From contig CAUVXB020000001.1 in NCBI GenBank assembly GCA_963555825.3, forward strand, positions 1,824,001 through 1,888,000: a stretch of DNA of 64,000 nt. Reading direction: 5' to 3'. Shown here piece after piece: positions 53,502-64,000 of this stretch. The position numbers were made by a program, and so were the translations under genes. Source of the DNA: Alphaproteobacteria bacterium. GTDB taxonomy: Bacteria > Pseudomonadota > Alphaproteobacteria > JAAXGF01. Position 1 is the first letter of the stretch, and every line of letters starts with the position of its first letter. The notes under the pieces were generated by a model. It had not been told where the DNA came from. It did no database searches and saw nothing but the letters and a program-made list of their open reading frames with translations.

Positions 53502-54227
53502 CTACCATAGATAAAATACTGCGAAGATGAAGACCCACACCAGATCGACGAAGTGCCAGTAGAGCCCCATGATTTCGACGCCCTCGTAGTGGCCTTTCCG
53601 GCTGGTGAAGAAGCCAGGCGTTTGGCGGTCGAAGTCGCCGCGCCAAACTTTGCGAGCCGTGAGGATCAGGAAGATCACGCCGATCGAAACGTGTAAGCCG
53701 TGGAACCCCGTGATCATGAAGAAGCTCGAACCGAACTGTGCCGCGCCAAACGGGTTGCTCCAGGGGCGCACCCCCTCCTCGACGATCAGCTTGGTCCACT
53801 CGAAGGCCTGCATGCCGACGAAGGTGGCGCCAAAGGCCGCGGTCGCCAACATCAGAAGCGCCGATTTAACGCGATCGCGCAGATAGCCGAACCGGACGGC
53901 CATGGCCATCGTCCCGCTGCTGCTGATCAGGATGAAGGTCATGATGGCGATCAGGATGAGCGGGATCGGTTCGCCGCCGAAGCTCAGGGCGAAGATCTCA
54001 CTGGGGTTGGGCCACGGCACCGTGGTCGACATCCGCACCGACATGTACGAGAGCAAGAAGCAGGTGAAGATGAATGTGTCGCTGACGAGGAAGATCCACA
54101 TCATCGCCTTGCCCCAGGGGACGCCCTTGAACGCCCGCTGGTCGGACGACCAGTCGGCGACGATGCCTTGCACACCGTCCGGCCGCGCGAGGCCTTCGCC
54201 CGTGGTTATCGTCGCAGGTTGTGCCAT
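53502..54227 (-). CDS. coxP: Heme-copper oxidase subunit III (CoxP-type)
   Basis: WGKAMMWIFL.SD.F.F, ITGFHGLHV and GLYWHFVDLVW motifs. Confidence 0.88.
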   Translation of the reverse strand: MAQPATITTGEGLARPDGVQGIVADWSSDQRAFKGVPWGKAMMWIFLVSDTFIFTCFLLSYMSVRMSTTVPWPNPSEIFALSFGGEPIPLILIAIMTFILISSSGTMAMAVRFGYLRDRVKSALLMLATAAFGATFVGMQAFEWTKLIVEEGVRPWSNPFGAAQFGSSFFMITGFHGLHVSIGVIFLILTARKVWRGDFDRQTPGFFTSRKGHYEGVEIMGLYWHFVDLVWVFIFAVFYLW

Positions 54228-54243
54228 GTGCCCCTCTACCTCT

Positions 54244-54858
54244 TTACGTAAGCAACATCAAAGCAAACACGATCAGCCACACCGCCAACAGAAAGTGCCA
54301 GTAGATGGCGCAAAGCTCGACGCTCGCGCCGAGCCTGGCGATCTCGTACCCGCGCCTAAGCTTGCCCATGGTCCTGGCCCAGGCGACCAGGCCGCCCAAC
54401 AGATGCAGCCCGTGCAGCCCGGTGATCAGGTAAAAGAAGGCATTGGCCGGGTTTTCCGAGGCGTAATAGCCAAGCGTCAACAACTGTTGCCACGCCGCGA
54501 GCTGTCCGACGAGGAAGACGGCGACCAGTGCGCCGCCGGCAAGCATGCCCGTCCGCAGGCCGTCGATGTCGCCCCGGCGCGCGTTCATCACTGCCCAGTG
54601 CAAGGCGATACTGCTCAGAATCAGCACGGCGGTGTTGGGCCACAACAGCCACGGCTCATGCAGCGGGCGCCAGTCGCCCAGCCCCATCCGCCCGGCGTAG
54701 GTCACGACCAGCAGGGAGAAGATGACCGCGACCACCGCGAGGAGGACCTTCAGCCCGAGATATGCCGGCGGCAGAACCTCGCCGTCGCCGACGCCAGGGT
54801 CGACGATCTCACCCTCAACCTCCCAGGGCTTTTCGGTCAGTGCTTCGAACAGGTTCAC
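54244..54858 (-). CDS. coxO: Heme-copper oxidase subunit III-like (CoxO-type)
   Basis: NT.VLILSS, FFYLITGLHGLH and YWHFL..VW motifs. Confidence 0.85.
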   Translation of the reverse strand: MNLFEALTEKPWEVEGEIVDPGVGDGEVLPPAYLGLKVLLAVVAVIFSLLVVTYAGRMGLGDWRPLHEPWLLWPNTAVLILSSIALHWAVMNARRGDIDGLRTGMLAGGALVAVFLVGQLAAWQQLLTLGYYASENPANAFFYLITGLHGLHLLGGLVAWARTMGKLRRGYEIARLGASVELCAIYWHFLLAVWLIVFALMLLT

Positions 54859-54906
54859 GTCTCTGCCGTCTTGGTCGAAATGGCCGTCCCAATCATCGCT
54901 CGGCCC

Positions 54907-56709
54907 CTATTCGGCTGGCTGCGACGCGAGCTCTTCCTGGTCACCGCCGCTCACCTCCGACCCGGTGGGCGGGACGTTCTGCGGCACGAAATCCTCGGCG
55001 GCACCGGGTACGCCGTAGGCATAGGCCCAGCGGTAGACCACCGGGGGCTCGGCGCCGAAGTTGCCGTGGCCGGGCGGAAATTCCGCCGTCTGCCACTCCA
55101 GCGTGGTGGCCTTCCATGGGTTGCGCTCCGAGGCCTTGCCTCTCAATGCGCTCGAGATCATGTTGTACAGGAACACCATTTGAGCGAGGCCGACGATCAA
55201 GACGATGACGGTGACGAACGCGTTGAGCGTGCCCACCGATTCGGGGATGAACGTCGTGTCGCCCATTTCGTAATAGCGGCGCGGCACACCGAGGAAACCC
55301 AAGTAGTGGATCGGCAGGAAGATCGCATAGGCGCCGATGAAGGTGACCCAGAAATGGAACCTGCCCATGCCCTCGTGGAACATTTTCCCGGTGATCAGGG
55401 GGAACCAATGGTAGACCGCCCCGAATACGACCATGAGCGGCGCCACGCCCATCACCATATGGAAGTGGGCGACGACGAACATGGTATCCGATAGCGGCAC
55501 GTCGACGACGACGTTGCCGAGGAACAGGCCGGTAATCCCGCCGTTCACGAATGTGACGATGAAGGCCAGCGCGAACAGCATCGGAACCGTCAGATTGATG
55601 TTGCCCTTCCACAGGGTCAGCGTCCAGTTGTAGACCTTGAGGGCGGTCGGAACAGCGATGATGAGCGTGGTGGTGGCGAAGAAGAAGCCGAACCACGGGT
55701 TCATGCCGCTGACGTACATGTGGTGCGCCCAAACCACGAAGCTGAGGCCGCCGATCGCCACGATCGCCCAAACCATCATCCGATAGCCGAAGATATGCCT
55801 TCTCGCATGGACACTGAGCAGGTCGGAGACGATGCCGAAGGCCGGCAGGGCGACGATGTAGACCTCGGGGTGACCGAAGAACCAGAACAGGTGCTGGAAC
55901 AAGATAGGGCTGCCGCCATCGTACGCCAGCGATTCGCCGAACTCGAGCATGGCGGGCATGAAGAAGCTGGTGCCCAGGACGCTGTCGAACGTCATCATCA
56001 CGGCGCCGACGAACAGGGCGGGGAAGGCCAACAGCGCCAGCACCGTGGCCGTGAAAATGCCCCAGATCGTCAAGGGCATGCGCATCAGCGTCATGCCCCG
56101 CGTGCGCGCCTGCAGCACCGTCACCACGTAGTTCAGCCCGCCCATGGTGAAGCCGACGATAAAGAGCGCCAGGGAAATCAACATCAACAGGATTCCCCCC
56201 TCAGCCCCGGGCGTGCCCGAGAGGATGGCCTGGGGAGGATAAAGTGTCCAGCCGGCCCCGGTCGGCCCGCCGGGCACGAACCAGCTCGCCACCAGCACCA
56301 AAACGGCAAGCAGGTAGACCCAGTAGCTGATCATGTTCACATAGGGGAAGACCATGTCGCGGGCGCCGACCATCAGCGGGATGAGATAGTTGCCGAAGCC
56401 GCCAAGGAACAGCGCCGTGAGCAGGTAGATCACCATGATCATGCCGTGCATGGTGATGAACTGGTAGTAGTCGGTCGGGTCGATGAAGTCGAAGCTGTCA
56501 GGGAATCCCAGTTGCAGCCGCATCAGCCACGACAGGACCAGGGCGACCAATCCGATCGCGAATGCGGTGAACGAGTACTGGATGGCGATGACCTTGGCGT
56601 CCTGGCTGAAGACGTACTTGGTTATAAAGCTCTTCGCATGGTAGAGCTCGACGTCCTCGACCTCCGCGGGCGCGACGAATTCGACTTCGTCGGGTGCGAC
56701 AGTGACCAT
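54907..56709 (-). CDS. coxN: Cytochrome c oxidase subunit I (A1-type, CoxN)
   Basis: TMHG, GWTLYPP, WFFGHPEVY, WAHHMY, AHFH and PRRY motifs. Confidence 0.95.
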   Translation of the reverse strand: MVTVAPDEVEFVAPAEVEDVELYHAKSFITKYVFSQDAKVIAIQYSFTAFAIGLVALVLSWLMRLQLGFPDSFDFIDPTDYYQFITMHGMIMVIYLLTALFLGGFGNYLIPLMVGARDMVFPYVNMISYWVYLLAVLVLVASWFVPGGPTGAGWTLYPPQAILSGTPGAEGGILLMLISLALFIVGFTMGGLNYVVTVLQARTRGMTLMRMPLTIWGIFTATVLALLAFPALFVGAVMMTFDSVLGTSFFMPAMLEFGESLAYDGGSPILFQHLFWFFGHPEVYIVALPAFGIVSDLLSVHARRHIFGYRMMVWAIVAIGGLSFVVWAHHMYVSGMNPWFGFFFATTTLIIAVPTALKVYNWTLTLWKGNINLTVPMLFALAFIVTFVNGGITGLFLGNVVVDVPLSDTMFVVAHFHMVMGVAPLMVVFGAVYHWFPLITGKMFHEGMGRFHFWVTFIGAYAIFLPIHYLGFLGVPRRYYEMGDTTFIPESVGTLNAFVTVIVLIVGLAQMVFLYNMISSALRGKASERNPWKATTLEWQTAEFPPGHGNFGAEPPVVYRWAYAYGVPGAAEDFVPQNVPPTGSEVSGGDQEELASQPAE

Positions 56710-56758
56710 TACTTCACCCTCTCCGTATTTCTCTCTTCAGATATCATCGGCTGGCCGC

Positions 56759-57643
56759 TCATTGCATGACCGCGCTTTCCATGGCGCCCGCCTTGCTCTC
56801 GGTGAGGCGCAGTTCGGGGCCGCCGGTCTCGTCGGTCGCAGCTTCGGCCATCAGCTCTGCGAACGTCGACTGCTCCTGCAGCCATTCCCGATAGTCCGCC
56901 TCCTCGTCGACCACGACGGTGCCGCGCATGTTATAGTGACCGACGCCGCACAACTCGAAGCAAAGGATGTCGAACGTTCCGGTCCGGGTCGGGGTAAGCC
57001 AGAAATAAGTGATCGAGCCCGGAACCATATCCATTTTGGCACGGAATTCAGGCACGTAGAAGTCGTGCAGGACGTCGACGGAGCGGAGCAATACCTTGAC
57101 TGGCTGGCCCAACAGCAGGTGCAGGTCGTCGCCCTCGATCAGGATGTCGTCCTGCCCATTGGCGTCTTTCGGGTTCAAGCCGAAGGTGTTGTCGCCATCG
57201 AAGTTGGCGATGCTGGTCGTGCCCAGCAAGCCGTCCTCTCCGGGATAGCGAAAACTCCACTGCCACTGCTGGCCGACAACCTCCAATTCGACGGCCTCTT
57301 CGGGCACCGTGACGAATTGATTCCAGACGAACAGGCCGGGCGTCAGCATGACCACGACGCCGACCGAGGTCAGCACCGTGAGCCAGACCTCCAGCTTGGT
57401 GTTCTCGGGTTGGTAGTCCGCCCGCTGTCCCTTCTTGTGCCGGTAGCGAATTATGCAATACGCCATGAACAAAATAACGGCGATGAAAACCACCCCGGTG
57501 ACCCAGAACGTGATGATGATGGTGTCGTCGATGTAACCCCAATTCGAGGCGATGGGCGTCCACCACCACCCAATCGTGGGAGCCAGAAAGTGGAACACGA
57601 CCGTGCCAACGGCGACCAAAATCAGCATAATCGCTACATGCAT
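56759..57643 (-). CDS. coxM: Cytochrome c oxidase subunit II (CuA, CoxM)
   Basis: GQQWQW, DVLHDF, KMD.VPG and CFELCGVGHYNM motifs. Confidence 0.93.
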   Translation of the reverse strand: MHVAIMLILVAVGTVVFHFLAPTIGWWWTPIASNWGYIDDTIIITFWVTGVVFIAVILFMAYCIIRYRHKKGQRADYQPENTKLEVWLTVLTSVGVVVMLTPGLFVWNQFVTVPEEAVELEVVGQQWQWSFRYPGEDGLLGTTSIANFDGDNTFGLNPKDANGQDDILIEGDDLHLLLGQPVKVLLRSVDVLHDFYVPEFRAKMDMVPGSITYFWLTPTRTGTFDILCFELCGVGHYNMRGTVVVDEEADYREWLQEQSTFAELMAEAATDETGGPELRLTESKAGAMESAVMQ

Positions 57644-57965
57644 TCGTCAATCATCCCAGGTTCATCGTACCGACAAGGTTTGGTTCAGCGAATGCGACAT
57701 CGTGGACATGAACGTCGCGCACCGCCTGACGCGCCGAATTCTGACACGCCCGAGTTCCACAATCAAGTTTTCTGCCGTCGGAAATCGCAACAGGAGGCCA
57801 TCCCATCCTTCGACCCGTCGTTCGGCAATAGGCACAGTGCCGGGCCGAACCCGGTTCCTATAACACATTCTTGATGACGCGAGTAAGAGGCGTTTGCACG
57901 CTGCTCGTATCTGTGTCATTTTTGGCGCCGCGACCGCCCGAATCGGCGGTTCGGGAGGCACGATC

Positions 57966-58802
57966 ATGACGAATGAAGACGCGACGGTCGACACGGCTGC
58001 GAGCTCCGCTCAACCGGTTATCCACACGATTGGGCCGCGCGACGTTAGAGACGCTATCGTCAAGGGCATCGCCGACTTCGAGGCGATGCCAACCCACGTA
58101 ATTTTCCTTTGCTTGATCTATCCCTTCGTCATGATCGTTATCGCCAGGGTTTACGCTGGATACGACGTGCTGCCGTTGGTCTTCCCATTCCTTACCGGAT
58201 ACACCTTGATCGGCCCGTTGGTCGCGATCGGCATGTACGAGTTGAGCCGACGTCGCGAGCAGGGTCTCGATACCTCCCGGGCGCATGCTTTCGACGTCAT
58301 CCGATTCGCGTCGATCGGGAGCATCGTGGCGCTCAGCGCCCTACTGATGCTGTTCTACATAGCCTGGTTGGGCATAGCTTGGACCATCTACCAGCTAAAC
58401 TTCGGCGGCGCGGCGCCGGAGTCGATCTTGGAGTTCGTCCTCCAAATCGTCGCCACCCCCGCCGGCTGGACGACCATATTCGTCGGCTGCGGCGCTGGGT
58501 TCATCTTCGCCACCGTGGCGTTCACCCTCAGCGTGGTGTCCTTTCCGATGCTCGTGGACCGGGACGTCGGCTTCGTGACGGCGGTTCAAACGTCGGTAAG
58601 AGCGGTTGCCGCGAACCCGGTTACCATGGGGATCTGGGCCTTCATCGTCGCCAGCGGCCTGTTGATCGGTTCCTTGCCCTTTTTCGTCGGCCTCGCCGTC
58701 GTGCTGCCGGTGCTCGGCCATGCGACCTGGCATCTGTATCGCAAGGTCGTGGCGCCCGGCGATCTCTCGGTCGATCAAGGCGAGACAGGCGTCACCGGCT
58801 GA
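57966..58802 (+). CDS. DUF2189 membrane protein, divergent from the cox operon
   Basis: G.ADF, LIGP.VAIGMYELSRRRE, VVSFPML.DR, TS.RAV..NP and PVLGHATWHLYR motifs. Confidence 0.88.
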   Translation: MTNEDATVDTAASSAQPVIHTIGPRDVRDAIVKGIADFEAMPTHVIFLCLIYPFVMIVIARVYAGYDVLPLVFPFLTGYTLIGPLVAIGMYELSRRREQGLDTSRAHAFDVIRFASIGSIVALSALLMLFYIAWLGIAWTIYQLNFGGAAPESILEFVLQIVATPAGWTTIFVGCGAGFIFATVAFTLSVVSFPMLVDRDVGFVTAVQTSVRAVAANPVTMGIWAFIVASGLLIGSLPFFVGLAVVLPVLGHATWHLYRKVVAPGDLSVDQGETGVTG

Positions 58803-58936
58803 ACAGGCCGCGGCGCGCTGCATCTCCAGACTTCCTACAGAGAAGCCGCGCCCTTGGTTCTCCAGTCGCTCGATTGCCCGCTGTTGACATCCAGCGTTCG
58901 GCATATACCGTTTGCGGCAAGGTCTGGAATGCCGCG

Positions 58937-59155
58937 ATGAGCCCAAAAAGACGATCGCTCTTGCTGGCAGTGATCGGCGGCATGATGGCTGCCGCCTACC
59001 TGGACGTCGAAGGCATCGTCGATCTGAGTTTCGGGTTCCCGCAAGGTGGTGTCGTCGCCGGTGCGCTCATGGCGATCACCGGCGCCGCGGCGGGCTGCGG
59101 GGTAATGCTCTCTTTCCGCAAGCTGCGCGGTCTCGTGACCCGTACCAAGAGGTAG
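58937..59155 (+). CDS. Small membrane protein
   Basis: 72 aa with two hydrophobic segments and basic ends. Confidence 0.45.
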   Translation: MSPKRRSLLLAVIGGMMAAAYLDVEGIVDLSFGFPQGGVVAGALMAITGAAAGCGVMLSFRKLRGLVTRTKR

Positions 59156-59470
59156 CGGCCCGCCGAGCCGGCTGCCGCCATTGACGCATCGGCGTCGCGG
59201 CCTTAGGTTGGTTCGCTGATTGCCTCGGCGGGGGTTCGTCGATTCGAGGCAGTGAAACCGAATTTGAATGGGGTCTGGCTGAGATGGCGGAAGCGTTTGA
59301 ACATAAGAATGTGGGATTGGTGGCAGGAATAATTGGATGCGTTGTCCTCGTGTTAGGATTTGCGGGGGTATTGATGAATCTCTTTATTACGTAGTTACTT
59401 CGTCCTCCGCATGGGCCCGCACCCTTCCTCTCAAAAGGCCCATATCTAAATTCCGCCTGGACCGATTTTC

Positions 59471-59489
59471 GGGGGGGGGGGGGGGGGGG
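59471..59489. repeat. G19 homopolymer
   Basis: Directly visible. Confidence 0.9.
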
Positions 59490-61042
59490 CAGGTCGGGTC
59501 CTCGGAGATGGCCCGGGCCGCGCTAAAGTCGATGGGCACGGGCGTTCGCGAACGTCGCGTCTTGGTCGGCATCTGACAGACGTATTTTGGTGATTGCTTC
59601 GGGGCCTTGGCCAGAGCATCTGCGGGCATCGGCCGCGCCGAGCGAAAAGACTGAATTCGACGAGGATCGGCGGCTATGGCTTGGCGGCGTTCATGACCGT
59701 AGTTCTTATTGTCCTTGGCATTCTCGTGGGCGTCCTCATGGCCGTAATTCTGCCGTGGGCGTTGTTGCGAAAACTGGAGGGCAAAGACAACGGCAAGGAA
59801 GAAAGGTGAGGGCCTGGTCGGCTCGATCCGCCGACCGGTTGTTTCGTGGCCGTTCCTCGACATTCACACCCAAATTTCCCAGCGGCGCCAACGAGGTGTA
59901 ATCTCCTCCTCCTAGGGGGCACCGAATGCGCCGCTACCTCGTCGCCACGATCCTACTCCTCGCTCTCACCGGGACCGCCCACGCGGCCACTCCCAGCGAT
60001 GCGTCCGCGTCCGAGCGCCGCACCGCCCTCGTCATCGGCAACAGCGACTACGAGCTGATCAGCCCGCTCAGGAACCCCGTGAACGACGCCCGGGCGATGG
60101 CGCGGGTGCTGGGTGATCTCGGCTTCGAGGTGATCGCGAAGGAAAACCTGGACCAGAAGGAGATGAAGCGGGCGATCAGGGACTTCGGGAGGAAGCTCGG
60201 GCAAGGTGGTGTGGGCCTCTTCTACTACGCCGGTCACGGCATCGAAGTCGGCGGCGAGAACTTCATGGTTCCCTTCAACGCCCCAATCCAGTTCGAGGAT
60301 GATGTCGACGTGGAAGCAGTCAGCGTGAACCTCCTCCTGGCCAAGCTCGCCTCCGCCGCGAACCGCCTCAACATCGTCATCCTCGACGCCTGCCGCAACA
60401 ACCCCTATTCGCGCAGTTTCAGGAGCAGCGCCAGCGGCCTGGCAACCATGGATGCGCCGACGGGAACCTACATCGCTTACGCCGCTGCGCCTGGTCGAGT
60501 GGCCCTGGATGGCGAGGGGAACAACGGCCTTTACACGGGCGAGCTACTCAAGGCCCTGCCCCTCCCAGGCCTCAAGATCGAGGACGCGTTCAAGCGAGTG
60601 CGCGTGGCGGTGCAGGACAAGTCCGGGACACAGCAGGTGCCGTGGGAGTCGTCGTCGTTGACGGGGGATTTCTATTTCAAAATTGACGTCTCGGTCACGG
60701 TGGAGGCACCCGAGACGCCTCAGGCAGCGCCGAAACCGGAAATCGTGCTGTGGCAGTCTATCGAGAACAGTGTCAATCCCGCAATGTTCGACGCCTATCT
60801 GCGGCAGTTCCCTGATGGCACCTTCGCTGACGTGGCGAGGCTCAAGCGCGACACTCTGATCGAAGCTGAGCAGAAGGAGACGCAAACGGCGGTTCTCGTG
60901 CCGCCTCCTGAGCCAAGCATCGTGGTCGAGGAAATGGACGCGACCTTCGTGGCGCTCAAGACCTCGAACGTCCGCGCCGAGCCGACGACGGGAGCCGAGC
61001 GTGTTGGGTGAGGTGGTCCCAGAAAATCGGACAGGGAGCTAA

Positions 61043-62203
61043 TACCAACGGCACTAATTATTGACCTGAAATCGCCCAATCTCTCATTCCGATGGACATG
61101 ATCGTCTCGGGCTGGTCGATTAGTTTGTTCCAGGCTTGGCAACCGGCCTCGATGATGGCGTCGTAATCTTCGAAGACGCGGTTAGAGAGCCAATTCTGGC
61201 GGAGGTATTGCCAGATGTTCTCGACCGGGTTCAGCTCGGGCGAGCGCGATGGCAGCAGGATGATGGTGAGGTTCTTGGGGACCTTGAGCTGGTCGGTGCT
61301 GTGCCACCCGGCGCGGTCCATCAGGACGACGCCATGGGCCTTGGCGGCGACGTTGCAGCTGATCTCGTCGAGATGCATCTGCATGGCGGCTGTGTTGGCG
61401 AAGGGGAGCATGAGAGCGGCACCCTTGGCTCCCATGGGACAGATTGCGCCAAAGAGGTAGGCGTTCGTGTAGCGCTGATCGGCGGGCAGGCGTGGCCTTG
61501 TTCCCTTCTTCGCCCAAATGCGCACACGCCCGTTCTTCTGTCCCAGCCTGGCCTCGTCTTGGAACCAGATCTCGACCCGCTTGGTCTTGGGCAGACCGGC
61601 TAGGTGGGCAGCGAGCGTGCGGGGGAAGTTTTTTTGAACGCCTCGATCACCCGCTGGTCCTGCTTGGGGTGCTGCGGCCGGGCGCTGATGTGGGAGAAGG
61701 ACAGCGCGACGAGAAGGTCGGAGATCGCCCGCTCGCTATAGATCACGCCAAAGCGTTCTTCGATCACCCGTTTCAGGTCAACCCGCCGCCAGCGAACCAC
61801 ACCGTCAATCTCTGGATCGGGGCCCGTTTCGACGATCACCGACAGTTCGCCCATCTGCTCGTCGGTCAAGAGCCGGGGGCGGCCCGCACCGGGACGGTTC
61901 TTCAAGCCGTCTGCCCCTTCATCGTTGAAGCGGTGCGCCCAGTCTCTCAGCGTCTGGCGATCCATGCCGCCGACCTTAGCGGCTTCCGCTCGGCTCATGC
62001 CGTCGTAAACCGCCGCCAAGGCCAAAAGCCGGCGAACTTGGCGGGGATCGCGACTGTGCTTGGCCAAACACCGGAGCTCAATGCTGTCGTAGTCGTCCCG
62101 AAGAGCAATGCATACTGACATGGCGAATCTCCTTCGCCAGCCTTGAATCACATCCAGCCCAAAAAGGGAATCCCTTGCGAGTCAGAATTTTGCGCCGTTG
62201 GTA
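61043..62203 (-). mobile_element. IS630-family element (type 2) nested in the IS3 left end
   Basis: Reverse complement of 23902-25062; TAA duplicated. Confidence 0.95.
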
Positions 62204-62239
62204 TAAGGTGTATTCCACCGGATAACGGAGGAATACGAG

Positions 62240-62521
62240 ATGACGAATCGACGCCGGTTTACGGCGGAATTCAAGGCCCGGGTGGCGCTGGAAGCGCTGC
62301 GGGGCGACAAGACGATCCAGCAGATCGCGGCCAAGCACAAGGTGCATCCGAACCAGGTGAGCGCCTGGAAGCGCCAGGCGGTGGACGGTCTGGGCGAAGT
62401 GTTTTCGAACGGCGCCAACCGCGCTTGCCGGGATCATGAATCCGAGGTCCGCGACCTTCACGCCAAGATCGGCGAGCTGACGGTGGAACGGGATTTTTTA
62501 GCCAGAGGGCTCAAGCGATGA
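62240..62521 (+). CDS. IS3 transposase OrfA
   Basis: RRRFTAEFKARVALEAL HTH, LHAKIGELTVERDFL; slippery TTTTTTA at ~62494. Confidence 0.92.
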   Translation: MTNRRRFTAEFKARVALEALRGDKTIQQIAAKHKVHPNQVSAWKRQAVDGLGEVFSNGANRACRDHESEVRDLHAKIGELTVERDFLARGLKR

Positions 62522-63447
62522 GCCGGGGGGAGCGCAAGGCGATGATCACACGCGACGCCCCCGAGCTGAGCTTGAGCCGTCAATGCCGCCTGCTTTCGAT
62601 CGGCCGGTCCTCGTTCTATTATGCGCCCAGGGGGGAGAGCCCTTCGAGTCTGGCGCTGATGCGTCGGATCGACGAGTTGTTCATGAAGTACCCGTTCTAC
62701 GGCAGCCGCCAGATGGTCCGCCAGTTGCGGCGGGACGGCGTTTGCGTCGGCCGTCACCGGGTTCGCAGGTTGATGCGATTGATAGGCCTGGAGGCGATCT
62801 ATCAGGCGCCGAGAACCAGCGTGCCGCATCCCATGCACCGGATTTATCCTTATCTTCTCAAAGGGATGGCTATCGACCAGCCCAATCGGGTCTGGTGCGC
62901 CGACATCACCTATATCCCCGTCCAGCGTGGCTTTCTGTACCTGGTAGCGATCATGGACTGGGCGACGCGCCACGTTTTATCCTGGCGGCTGTCGAACACC
63001 ATGGACGCTGGATTCTGCGCCGAGGCCTTGGGCGACGCGCTGGCCCGCTACGGCCAGCCGGAGATATTCAATACGGATCAGGGCAGCCAGTTCACCAGCC
63101 TCGACTTCACCGGCGTGCTCAAGAACGCGAGCATCCGCATCTCCATGGACGGTCGGGGCCGCTGCATGGACAACATCTTCATCGAGCGCCTGTGGCGGTC
63201 TCTCAAGTATGAGGCGGTCTACCTACACGAGCTCACCGACGGCTTCCACGCCGAACGGGTCATCGGCGAGTGGATCGGCTTCTACAACACCGAGCGGCCC
63301 CATTCGTCCCTCGACGGTCAAACGCCGGCCGAGGCCTACGGGGCCGGTCAACCTGTGGATATGATGGACAAGGCTCGCGCCTTGCCCACATCCCCACAGG
63401 CTCAACAACAGCAACAGGATGTGATAAAAAGGATTTTGGCAGCATGA
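62518..63447 (+). CDS. IS3 transposase OrfB
   Basis: YGSRQM, WCADITY, NTDQGSQF and DNIFIERLWRSLKYE motifs. Confidence 0.93.
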   Translation: MSRGERKAMITRDAPELSLSRQCRLLSIGRSSFYYAPRGESPSSLALMRRIDELFMKYPFYGSRQMVRQLRRDGVCVGRHRVRRLMRLIGLEAIYQAPRTSVPHPMHRIYPYLLKGMAIDQPNRVWCADITYIPVQRGFLYLVAIMDWATRHVLSWRLSNTMDAGFCAEALGDALARYGQPEIFNTDQGSQFTSLDFTGVLKNASIRISMDGRGRCMDNIFIERLWRSLKYEAVYLHELTDGFHAERVIGEWIGFYNTERPHSSLDGQTPAEAYGAGQPVDMMDKARALPTSPQAQQQQQDVIKRILAA

Positions 63448-64000
63448 TCAAACAACGGAATACACCTTAACCGCGCTGCCAAACTGTCCAACAAAGTGGG
63501 ACCACCTCAGGGCGACTGACACGCGACGATGCTGTCGCGGTGACCGGCAAGGTCACCGACCGTAACTGGTACCGCATCGAGCACGAGGGAGAGACGGCCT
63601 ACATCTTCGGCACGCTGATCAAGGAAGTCGATCCCCGCGAGCTTGCGGCTTGGGAGAGAGTCGCCGACACTTCCGACCCCGCCAATTTTGAGGAGTTCCT
63701 CGCCGAATATTCCAGTGGAATGTTTGCGGAGAGAGCACGGGTAAGGCGTGATGAACTGGCCACATTACCATCATCATCCGCTGCCAACCCCGTTGACCTG
63801 GCGTTCTGGAATTCGGTTGAAGACAGCGTCGACCCAAAGGACTTGAACGCATACCTCTCTCAGTTTCCAAGCGGCGCTTTCGCCGTACTCGCTCGCAACC
63901 GACTAGAGAAGCTGAAGGAGAAACAAGTAGCAGTCGTTGCACCACCTCCGTCAACGATCCCCAGTACTCAGGCAACGCAGCCAGCAGTCGGGGTCTATCC

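Larger units (their letters stand above)
61009..63509 (+). mobile_element. IS3-family element carrying a nested IS630
   Basis: TGAGGTGGTCCC...GGGACCACCTCA terminal inverted repeats with GGG duplicated. Confidence 0.93.
59926..64000 (+). pseudogene. Secreted caspase-family (peptidase C14) - SH3 - helical-repeat protein interrupted by IS3; runs off the window
   Basis: Signal peptide, ALVIGNSDY, L.NPVNDA, YYAGHG, LDACRNNP. The SH3b NVRAEP..GAERVG|RL....V.VTGKV...WYRI continues in frame after 63512. Three W...Y/FL..F/YP.G.FA repeats. Confidence 0.88.

Overview
GC-rich alphaproteobacterial chromosome segment (Rhodospirillales-like by inference from gene content) undergoing IS expansion and gene decay. 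I count about 12 IS copies or remnants (IS3, IS630, IS256, IS1380, IS1182/IS5-like, one rve-integrase element), two MITE-like dispersed repeat families plus a separate 132-bp MITE, and about 19 interrupted, frameshifted or truncated genes. The backbone carries a carboxylate-amine ligase, N-formylglutamate amidohydrolase, glycerate kinase (frameshifted) and pyk, glcDEF, a fused 5-oxoprolinase/hydantoinase, two transporters, a mandelate-racemase-family enzyme, and a coxMNOP-type alternative cytochrome c oxidase operon. The strongest candidate for an undescribed system is an intact ureE-F-G-D-(gamma/beta fused)-C cluster whose UreC keeps every nickel ligand but has a rewritten substrate pocket, suggesting a urease-fold Ni amidohydrolase for a substrate other than urea. 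Other notable items: a low-GC gene fusing pentapeptide repeats to an RNA-polymerase alpha-CTD, an IS3-like element with a 14-bp target duplication, a 5.6-kb island bracketed by a ~240-bp duplicated gene end, and IS-inactivated HEPN, tail-collar fibre and secreted caspase-like genes. All family assignments are by motif recognition only; no database searches were run.
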